From an uncultured virus (IMG/VR IMGVR_UViG_3300025751_000004) (lineage: Duplodnaviria > Heunggongvirae > Uroviricota > Caudoviricetes), in IMG/VR virus record IMGVR_UViG_3300025751_000004: a DNA stretch of 20,000 nt; one strand, 5' to 3'. Below, one piece after another: positions 1 through 6,885 of the stretch (position 1 is its first letter; each line of letters opens with the position of its first letter). Position numbers and translations under genes: made by a program. A model generated the notes under the pieces. That model searched no databases. It was not told the origin of the DNA and saw only the letters and a list, made by a program, of their open reading frames with translations.

Positions 1-522
1 ATAAAAACTGGAGAGCCTCTGCCAATGGAGTTTGAGTTTGCCCAAAATTTTTTAGACAGACTAGCAGATAAACGAGGCGTAAAGTTTTGTGAACGCAAGA
101 TGGGCGTCACTGAAGATCTGAAAGCCTGTGGGTTCTACGACAAAGAAGCGTGGTTCCGTGGCATAGCTGATCTGCTTATAATTGATGTGATAGGCGAAGT
201 CGCGTGGGTTATTGACTACAAAACATCTAACTCGTCACGGTACGCGGACAAGGGACAGCTAGAGTTGATGGCCCTATCCGTATTTGCACACTTCCCAGAA
301 ATAAAAACAGTACGCGCAGGGTTGGTTTTTGTGCTAGTAAATGACTTAGTGAAACACACCTACGAGGTGCATGATAAAGCAGACTTGTGGGAGAAGTGGA
401 TTAAGAAGTTCAACGCTATGAAAGCCGCAGCAGAAGCAGACACGTGGAACGCCCGTCCTAACGGGTTATGTAAAAGGCACTGTCCTGTGGCGGAGTGCAT
501 ACACAACGGAGCGAACTCGTAA
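1..522 (+). CDS. PD-(D/E)XK (Cas4/RecB-like) phage exonuclease, 5'-truncated
   Basis: Motifs RGIADL...VIDYKT, GQLELMA and C-terminal LCKRHCPVAEC (three Cys of a Cas4/AddB-type cluster). The frame is open from base 1 (IKTGEPLPM), so the true start is probably upstream of the window rather than at 25. Confidence 0.85.
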   Translation: MKTGEPLPMEFEFAQNFLDRLADKRGVKFCERKMGVTEDLKACGFYDKEAWFRGIADLLIIDVIGEVAWVIDYKTSNSSRYADKGQLELMALSVFAHFPEIKTVRAGLVFVLVNDLVKHTYEVHDKADLWEKWIKKFNAMKAAAEADTWNARPNGLCKRHCPVAECIHNGANS

Positions 523-791
523 TGCCGTACAAAAACCCTAAAGACCGCAAGAAGCAGACTAATAAACCTGTTGGCAGTAAGCCGTTTGAGGCGCGTATGG
601 AGCGCCAACGTGCGCGGCGTAAGATGGACCGCGAGGGGGTAGATAGAAATAACAACGGCAAAGCTGACAAGCGTGAGGGCAAAGACATCAGCCACAAAAA
701 AGCCTTGAGTAAAGGTGGTTCTAACAAAGACGGTGTGACAGTAGAAAACCGCAGTAAGAACCGTGCAAGGAACTATAAAAAGAAAAAGTAG
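522..791 (+). CDS. Small basic protein with degenerate HNH-like motif (89 aa, MPYKNPKDRK...)
   Basis: ATG at 522 overlaps the nuclease stop (TAATG), a better start than 495. GKDISHKKALSKGGSN...NRSKN resembles the phage HNH pattern DxDHxxPLSxGG; no Zn-binding cysteines. Confidence 0.7.
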   Translation: MPYKNPKDRKKQTNKPVGSKPFEARMERQRARRKMDREGVDRNNNGKADKREGKDISHKKALSKGGSNKDGVTVENRSKNRARNYKKKK

Positions 792-799
792 GAGAACAA

Positions 800-2335
800 A
801 TGAAGATTTTAGATGGTAAGGCGCTGCTACTCAAGCTGCGCAATCCAAACCGTGTCACCTCTATTATTCCAAAAAGCAAACAAATAGATAACAACGAAGT
901 GCTTGTGAAATGGGATATTGATGCGGCTCACAAGCTGCGTAACCTTAACATCCAAGCTCCGTCACCTATCGACACCCAGTATAATTGGTCAGGGCAACAC
1001 ACTCCGTTTGCCCATCAGAAGAAAACGTCTTCGTTCTTTACCATGAATAAGAAAGGCTTCTGCTTCAACGAGCAAGGCACGGGTAAAACAGCAAGTGCGA
1101 TCTGGGCCGCTGATTTCCTTATAAAGCAAGGCAAGATAAACAGAGTGCTTGTGATATGCCCACTGTCGATTATGGATAGTGCGTGGAGAGCAGACTTACA
1201 CACGTTTGCCCCGCACCGTACTGTGGATGTTGCGTATGGTAGCGCCAAGAAACGTGCAGCCATCGTCAACCAAGGGGCAGAGTTTGTCATAATAAATTAT
1301 GACGGTGTGGAGATAGTGGTAGAGGAGGTACTCAAAGGTGGCTTCGATCTGGTTATTGTGGACGAGGCTACCCACTACAAGAATGCACGGACTAAGCGTT
1401 GGAAGACACTTCGCAAGATAGTAGGCGACGACACTTGGCTGTGGATGATGACGGGTACTCCCGCCGCACAATCCCCTCTTGATGCGTATGGCATTGCGAA
1501 GCTGATTAATCCAGATGCAGTTCCGAGGTTCTACAGTTCGTTCCGCGATACGGTTATGCAGCAGATTACACAGTTTCGTTGGGTGCCCAAAGAGAACGCT
1601 AATGAGATTGTATTTAACGCGTTACAGCCAGCCATACGGTTTACCAAGAAGGAATGTCTCGATTTGCCAGACATGACATACGTCAAACGTAAGGTTGAGT
1701 TGACCAAACAACAAACAAAATACTATGAAATACTCCGTAAGAAGCTGGTGATGAAGGTAGGTAGCGACGAGGTGTCTGCCATAAACGCTGCCGCAACCAT
1801 GAACAAGTTACTTCAGATCAGTGCAGGCGCAGTATACACCGATGACGGTGACGCGTTAGAGTTTGACATAAAGAACCGCTACCAAGTGCTGAAAGAAGTT
1901 ATAGACGAGAGTAGCCAAAAGGTCTTGGTATTCGTGCCATTCAAGCACACTATCGACGTGCTAGTATCCAAGCTACGGTCTGACAACTTAACAGCAGAAG
2001 TGATTCGCGGCGACGTGCCAGCACACGCCAGAACCGACATATTTAAAAGGTTTCAAACTGATACTGACCCCAAGATATTGGTGATACAGCCTCAATCAGC
2101 AGCACATGGTGTGACTTTAACTGCGGCGAATACTGTGGTATGGTGGGGTCCGACTTCTTCACTGGAAACGTACTCGCAAGCGAATGCTAGGGTTCATAGA
2201 TCAGGACAGAAGCATCCGTGTACAGTCGTACAATTGCAGGGGTCGGGTGTAGAGAAGCGCGTGTACTCTTTGCTTGATAAACGCATAGATGTGCACACAA
2301 AAATGATCGACTTGTACAAAGAACTGCTTGACTAA
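800..2335 (+). CDS. SNF2-family (SF2) DNA helicase/ATPase
   Basis: Motif I EQGTGKT, Ia LVICPLS, II VDEATH, III MTGTP, V SAAHGVTL, VI QANARVHRSGQ; RBS AGGAGAACAA at 790-799. Confidence 0.95.
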   Translation: MKILDGKALLLKLRNPNRVTSIIPKSKQIDNNEVLVKWDIDAAHKLRNLNIQAPSPIDTQYNWSGQHTPFAHQKKTSSFFTMNKKGFCFNEQGTGKTASAIWAADFLIKQGKINRVLVICPLSIMDSAWRADLHTFAPHRTVDVAYGSAKKRAAIVNQGAEFVIINYDGVEIVVEEVLKGGFDLVIVDEATHYKNARTKRWKTLRKIVGDDTWLWMMTGTPAAQSPLDAYGIAKLINPDAVPRFYSSFRDTVMQQITQFRWVPKENANEIVFNALQPAIRFTKKECLDLPDMTYVKRKVELTKQQTKYYEILRKKLVMKVGSDEVSAINAAATMNKLLQISAGAVYTDDGDALEFDIKNRYQVLKEVIDESSQKVLVFVPFKHTIDVLVSKLRSDNLTAEVIRGDVPAHARTDIFKRFQTDTDPKILVIQPQSAAHGVTLTAANTVVWWGPTSSLETYSQANARVHRSGQKHPCTVVQLQGSGVEKRVYSLLDKRIDVHTKMIDLYKELLD

Positions 2336-2356
2336 GGCAGTATATATAACTAAATA
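2327..2356 (+). promoter_or_regulatory. Putative sigma70 promoter for the 2382-6804 genes
   Basis: CTTGAC(2327-2332)-N17-CTAAAT(2350-2355), equivalently TTGACT-N17-TAAATA, in an AT-rich gap upstream of RBS GGAGGAGA (2370-2377). Confidence 0.65.
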
Positions 2357-2381
2357 ATACTTTGTACTAGGAGGAGATAAA

Positions 2382-2783
2382 ATGAGCGACTATTCAGACG
2401 CCCCTGCCGATAAGATGACGAAAGCGTATTTAGCCATACGCAACAAACGTGCACAATTAAAGGCAGAGTACACTAAACAGGATGACGAGTTAGCTAGGCA
2501 GCTTGACATCTTGAAACGAGCGCTTCTTAGCTATTGTGAACGTAACAAAGTTGAGAGCGTTAGAACCGACGAAGGGTTATTCTTTCGTTCTCAACGCACC
2601 AAATATTGGACTAGCGATTGGGAAGCCATGCACAAGTTTGTCATAGAACATAAAGTGCCAGAGTTGTTCGATAAGCGTATAAACCAGACGAATATAAAAC
2701 AATTCTTGGAAGAAAATCCTGAGTTAAAACCCGAGGGTCTAAATATAGACACCGAGTATGTTATATCAGTAAGGAAAAAATAA
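2382..2783 (+). CDS. Phage replication-module protein with N-terminal coiled coil, function unknown
   Basis: Strong RBS; helical N-half (YLAIRNKRAQLKAEY...LDILKRALL) followed by VESVRTDEG...SDWEAMHKFV...KPEGLNID, a layout loosely like Gam/Gp157-type phage proteins. Family not confirmed. Confidence 0.7.
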   Translation: MSDYSDAPADKMTKAYLAIRNKRAQLKAEYTKQDDELARQLDILKRALLSYCERNKVESVRTDEGLFFRSQRTKYWTSDWEAMHKFVIEHKVPELFDKRINQTNIKQFLEENPELKPEGLNIDTEYVISVRKK

Positions 2784-3070
2784 TGGCTTCACCCTTCGTA
2801 GCTATAGAAGATCTGGCTAAACACTTAGCCGTATCAGTATCTACCGTTCGCGGCTGGATACGTCAGGGCCACATCCCTGACAACACTTTTCTAAAAATCA
2901 ACAACGTCTATCGTTTTGATAAGGACGCCGTGTCTAACGCATTACTAAGCAAGACTGGCCCCATAAGGTCTGTGGTCGATGGTGATTTCACAGACGCTCA
3001 CCCCGTGCGGTATACATCGCACGATAACACCCAGTACGAGATGGATCTAAGTCTCGACGAAGATATATAG
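2783..3070 (+). CDS. Excisionase/MerR-like helix-turn-helix DNA-binding protein
   Basis: IEDLAKHLAVSVSTVRGWIRQGHIP...VYRFDKDAV is a typical HTH_17/Xis pattern; translationally coupled to the upstream gene (TAATG). Confidence 0.85.
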   Translation: MASPFVAIEDLAKHLAVSVSTVRGWIRQGHIPDNTFLKINNVYRFDKDAVSNALLSKTGPIRSVVDGDFTDAHPVRYTSHDNTQYEMDLSLDEDI

Positions 3071-3081
3071 GAGAACGACAA

Positions 3082-3807
3082 ATGGCTGCACCATACGTTA
3101 TAAAGAATGTGGAAGCCCTATGGCCCAAGCTGGACCGTACTTATGCTTTCGATCAAAAGGCAAACCAGAGTATGCCGTGCGATCCGATGGCACCAAACGC
3201 TGAGTATTCCATCGAACTGAAGATGGATAGCGAAACCGCCAAGCATCTATACATTGCTATGGTAAAATCCTATCAGGCTAACAAAAAACCAGATTGGCCT
3301 GATAAACCTGCTAACCCTATGACTAAGCACGACGATGGCACCCGCACCGTCAAGTGCATACTCAAAGGCCAATACAACGGTGAAAAGACCCGTAAGCCTC
3401 TACAGTTTGATTCCAAGAACAATCCTATGGATGATGACTTTCAGTTGACTACGGGCAGCAAGATCAACATTGCTGTAACCTTTTATCCGTATAAATACAT
3501 GCAGAACGAGCCAAGCGTTTCTCTGCGTATAAAACAGGTCCAAGTCCTTCAGTTGGCAGAACGCACTATGCGTAGCTTGTTTGATACAGTGGACGATGGC
3601 TATACTAAATCTTCTGAGAGCGTGTTTGGGAACAACGTAGTAGACATGCCACAGAAGAAAGAGCCAGAAGTAGACCTAACAGGTTTTGACGAAGACAACG
3701 GTTCCCCTGCCGAACCAGAACCAGTCAAGGTTGAGAAAAAAGCAGCGGCAGCGGGTGCGTCCCAAAGTGCTACGCTAGATAGCATACTAGACGAGTGGGA
3801 TGACTAA
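3082..3807 (+). CDS. ssb: Single-stranded DNA-binding protein (T7 gp2.5/DUF2815-like)
   Basis: N-terminal ALWPKL, AEYSIEL, LTTGSKINIAV, VSLRIKQVQVLQL, and an acidic tail ending LDEWDD; located between helicase and primase. Confidence 0.8.
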   Translation: MAAPYVIKNVEALWPKLDRTYAFDQKANQSMPCDPMAPNAEYSIELKMDSETAKHLYIAMVKSYQANKKPDWPDKPANPMTKHDDGTRTVKCILKGQYNGEKTRKPLQFDSKNNPMDDDFQLTTGSKINIAVTFYPYKYMQNEPSVSLRIKQVQVLQLAERTMRSLFDTVDDGYTKSSESVFGNNVVDMPQKKEPEVDLTGFDEDNGSPAEPEPVKVEKKAAAAGASQSATLDSILDEWDD

Positions 3808-3814
3808 TTAAACA

Positions 3815-3844
3815 GCGCGGTCTTTCGGGGCCGCGCAAACTTTT
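3815..3844 (+). terminator. GC-rich hairpin after ssb: weak terminator or mRNA stabiliser
   Basis: GCGCGGTCT-TTCG-GGGCCGCGC (3815-3836; two G:U pairs) followed by AAACTTTT, an imperfect U tract. Confidence 0.6.
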
Positions 3845-3860
3845 ACGGGAAGAGAACACA

Positions 3861-6602
3861 GTGAGCACTGAAATATTTTTACGTTCTGTGCTAGGGGAAG
3901 ACGGTCACTATTGCCTGTGGTGCAATAAAAGCAAAAAAGACATCAAACAGGAATTTTATCCGTCAGTCGAGCGTTTATTAGAACGAGCAAATGAGTTAGA
4001 CGCAGAAGGGTACAATGTATTCTTCGCCCTTGGCACGTACAAAGAACCCCTGTTGGGTCGCAAACAAATTAATGTCGTGCAGATGAAGTCTTTCTTTGTC
4101 GATCTTGATTGTGGTCCGAGCAAAGAGTTCCCTACGCAAGCAGACGCGATTGAGGCGCTGCGTAGATTTTGTAAGACTAACAAGCTGCCTAGACCAACAA
4201 TCATAAACTCCGGTAACGGGTTACATGTATACTGGCCTTTGAGTTCAGCAGTGGACGAGAAGACTTGGTTCCCAGTTGCGGAGCGGCTCAAGCAGCTATG
4301 TGCTGACCAATCATTCTGGGCGGACCCTTCACGCACATCTGATTCTGCTAGTATATTACGTGTACCAAACACTCACAACTACAAGAGTGATCCACCTAAA
4401 CCTGTCGGGCTTATCAACGATTACTATGCGGACCCCATAGATTTCTTAGACTTTGAAGAACGTGTGGGCGGCGGTGTGATACCAGTTCCGTCTAAGTTTA
4501 CTCCCAGTGCGTACAGAGACACATTAAACAAACAATCCTCTGGCAGCTTTAAGCGTTTGCTAGAGAAAACAGCCAAAGGGCAAGGCTGCGCACAGATAGA
4601 GTACATAATACAGAACCAAGAGAGTATCTCCTATGACATGTGGAGAGCAGGTTTATCTATTGCAAAGGTGTGTACGGACGGGGACAAGGCCGCAAAATTG
4701 ATGTCTGCCAGTCACCCCGATTACGATTATAACGAGACAATCCGCAAGATGATGGATACGGGTGGGCCACAATACTGCACCACATTTGCGGGCCATAACC
4801 CTGATGGCTGCGCGGGCTGTCCCAATGCGATGCTCATAACAACTCCTGCACAACTGACAACTATTGTGGAAGAAGCGGAACCTACTCCTGAGATACCCGA
4901 ATACCCTGCACCGTACATGCGCGGCAAGCATGGGGGTGTATACATGCGTACCAAAGATGAAGAGGGTAACCCAAAGGAAGATTTAATATACCTCAATGAC
5001 TTCTATGTAACGCGTAGACTGCATGATGTTGAACAGGGAGAGGTGGTTGCATTTGCTCTGCACTTACCAAAGGACGGGGTGCGAGAGTTCACAGTCCCTC
5101 TTATGGCTATTACTTCGCGGGAAGAGTTCCGCAAGCATATGGCTATGAAGGGTATAACTTCTTATGGCGATGATTTGGCTAGGCTTATGAAATACGTACA
5201 AACATGGGTGAATGAATTGCAGCAGACAGGCGCAGCGAGCGAGGCTCACCAACAGTTCGGGTGGGTTGATGACAACACTATGGAAGAGTTTGTTCTTGGG
5301 GATAAACTTATCAAGGCGCACACTATAGAGTATAACCCGCCTTCGTCTAAAACCGCAGGGTTCGTGGAAGCACTTACAGCAAAAGGGAGCGCAGAGCGTC
5401 AGAAAGAGATACTTGGGTTCTTCAATGTAGAGGGTCTTGAGTTGCACCAGTTTGTTATCTGCATGGGTCTAGCGTCACCTCTGATGCCACTGAGTGGGCT
5501 GTTTAGCTTCGCAACGCACTTGTATGGCGGGTCAGGGGTAGGGAAAACCACTGCTATGTATTGTAACTCTGCGATGTGGGGCGACCCGCATTTCCTAACT
5601 TTAGGCCAGAGAGACACGCCAAACTCACGTATGTCTCGGGGAGAGATATACAAAAACCTGCCACTAAACTCTGACGAAATGTCAAACATGAGGCCATTTG
5701 ATGCGTCTGATTATGCGTATCAGATTGCGGAAGGTAAACAACGTAACAGGTTACAGGGTAGTGCCAACGTAGAACGCTATCGAGGGAAGCCGTGGCGGTT
5801 GCAGGGGTGTTCGTCTGGTAACATAAGTCTCCATGAATTACTTCAGAAGTTGAAGGCTGACCCAGAAGCAGAGATGCAGCGTATACTGGAGTTCACCGTT
5901 GATCCCAACCTAAAAGCTATCATTGATAAAGATAAAACTGACGCGCTTTATAAAGACATACAATCTAATTACGGGCATTTTGCTGTGCCGTATATACAAT
6001 ATGTTATACAGAACCGTGCAAAAGTGGTTCAGTTGTACGCCAACATAAAAGAGCGATTAGATAAGGCTGCAGATTTGTCGGCAGTTAATCGTTTCTATTC
6101 CGCAGGGTGCACAAACGTGCTTGTGGCTGCAACACTTGGAAAGGCTATGGGCGTAATAGATTATGACGTAAAGCGTTTGTTCGTGTGGGTCGTCAATGAA
6201 TTAATACGGGCCAAAGGAGCGATCAGCGATACAGGCGTAGACACTAAGTCTATACTTGCAGATTTTGCTAGAGATAATTGGGGCAACATCCTTAAAATCA
6301 AAAGCACTGACGATGGTAGAGATGAAATTGCAAGTTTGGTAGTACCTGAGAGTATGCCCAGAAACAAACTGGCAGGGCGTTTTGAAACCGACACAAAGAT
6401 ACTTGCTATCCCTACAAAAGAGTTCAAGAAATATCTAGTGGATCAGTATATAAACTACGGCTCCACAATAAAAAGCCTAAAAGAGGACATGGGCGCAGTT
6501 ATGAAGAGTGTGTATATGACCAAGGGTACTAGCCTAAACTTACCTTCTCAATATTGCGTGGTTGTTAAGATGGAGGAGTTAGGTGAAACCCCTGAGACTT
6601 GA
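3861..6602 (+). CDS. Primase-helicase fusion: AEP-family primase, Cys-rich accessory domain and DUF927-type P-loop ATPase
   Basis: AEP motifs FFVDLD, IINSGNGLHVYW and DSASILRVPNTHNYK; Walker A GGSGVGKTT (5526-5552); Walker B LNSDE; GTG start with RBS GGGAAGAG. Confidence 0.9.
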   Translation: MSTEIFLRSVLGEDGHYCLWCNKSKKDIKQEFYPSVERLLERANELDAEGYNVFFALGTYKEPLLGRKQINVVQMKSFFVDLDCGPSKEFPTQADAIEALRRFCKTNKLPRPTIINSGNGLHVYWPLSSAVDEKTWFPVAERLKQLCADQSFWADPSRTSDSASILRVPNTHNYKSDPPKPVGLINDYYADPIDFLDFEERVGGGVIPVPSKFTPSAYRDTLNKQSSGSFKRLLEKTAKGQGCAQIEYIIQNQESISYDMWRAGLSIAKVCTDGDKAAKLMSASHPDYDYNETIRKMMDTGGPQYCTTFAGHNPDGCAGCPNAMLITTPAQLTTIVEEAEPTPEIPEYPAPYMRGKHGGVYMRTKDEEGNPKEDLIYLNDFYVTRRLHDVEQGEVVAFALHLPKDGVREFTVPLMAITSREEFRKHMAMKGITSYGDDLARLMKYVQTWVNELQQTGAASEAHQQFGWVDDNTMEEFVLGDKLIKAHTIEYNPPSSKTAGFVEALTAKGSAERQKEILGFFNVEGLELHQFVICMGLASPLMPLSGLFSFATHLYGGSGVGKTTAMYCNSAMWGDPHFLTLGQRDTPNSRMSRGEIYKNLPLNSDEMSNMRPFDASDYAYQIAEGKQRNRLQGSANVERYRGKPWRLQGCSSGNISLHELLQKLKADPEAEMQRILEFTVDPNLKAIIDKDKTDALYKDIQSNYGHFAVPYIQYVIQNRAKVVQLYANIKERLDKAADLSAVNRFYSAGCTNVLVAATLGKAMGVIDYDVKRLFVWVVNELIRAKGAISDTGVDTKSILADFARDNWGNILKIKSTDDGRDEIASLVVPESMPRNKLAGRFETDTKILAIPTKEFKKYLVDQYINYGSTIKSLKEDMGAVMKSVYMTKGTSLNLPSQYCVVVKMEELGETPET

Positions 6603-6804
6603 TGACTTAGACCCTGATGGAGTAAAAATTATCATAAAGTGGGACAAGTTTGTAGTCGGTGCCTCGGTGTTTATACCCTGCATAAATACAGAGAAAGCTA
6701 AAAAACAACTAAAACGTGTTGCAAGTTTGAAACAATACCAAATTTCCATTCAAATTCGCATAGAAAATGGTATGTGGGGGGTTCGCACTTGGCGACACCT
6801 GTGA
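6583..6804 (+). CDS. Small hypothetical phage protein (73 aa), possibly DNA-binding
   Basis: GTG start with GGAGGAG RBS, overlapping the primase end; basic sequence WDKFVVGASVFIPC...GVRTWR. Confidence 0.7.
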   Translation: MKPLRLDDLDPDGVKIIIKWDKFVVGASVFIPCINTEKAKKQLKRVASLKQYQISIQIRIENGMWGVRTWRHL

Positions 6805-6812
6805 TATATAGT
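6782..6812 (+). promoter_or_regulatory. Possible promoter for the junction small RNA
   Basis: TTCGCA(6782-6787)-N17-TATATA(6805-6810) with TG at 6802-6803 (extended -10 position); alternative -10 TATAGT at 6807-6812. Predicted start near 6817. The -35 match is weak. Confidence 0.35.
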
Positions 6813-6816
6813 GGTT

Positions 6817-6885
6817 AACAGCTTGGTCCATACAACCAGTTGTTCTCCTCCCTGATCTGACCCTGCTTCGGCAGGGTCTTTTTTT
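6817..6885 (+). ncRNA. Candidate small regulatory RNA with anti-Shine-Dalgarno seed
   Basis: Hairpin AACAGCTTGGT/ACCAGTTGTT (6817-6844), C/U-rich linker CTCCTCCCTGATCT, then a Rho-independent terminator; 6838-6852 is complementary to RBS regions at 790-799, 2370-2377, 3069-3079 and 3847-3858. Confidence 0.5.
6859..6885 (+). terminator. Rho-independent terminator at the module junction
   Basis: Perfect 8-bp stem GACCCTGC-TTCG-GCAGGGTC with a cUUCGg tetraloop, followed by T7. Confidence 0.92.

Noticed and set aside
495..521. Start of the HNH-like gene at 495
   Set aside because: The ATG at 522 overlaps the upstream stop (TAATG) and has GGAG upstream, making it the more plausible start.
1..522. 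cas4 of a CRISPR-Cas locus
   Set aside because: No other cas genes or array are present; standalone Cas4-like nucleases are common in phage replication modules.
2783..3070. Excisionase implying a prophage
   Set aside because: No integrase, att site or host genes are in the window, and this HTH family also occurs as a regulator in lytic phages.
6709..6852. Minus-strand 40-aa ORF (MDQAVNHY..., ATG at 6831) using GGGAGGAG as its RBS
   Set aside because: SD-to-ATG spacing is about 13 nt, the ORF is antisense to the 73-aa gene, and it has no recognisable features. It remains the main alternative to the sRNA hypothesis.
6859..6885. Bidirectional terminator
   Set aside because: A U tract exists only on the plus strand; on the minus strand the hairpin is followed by AGATCAGGG, so termination of the late transcript here is unsupported.
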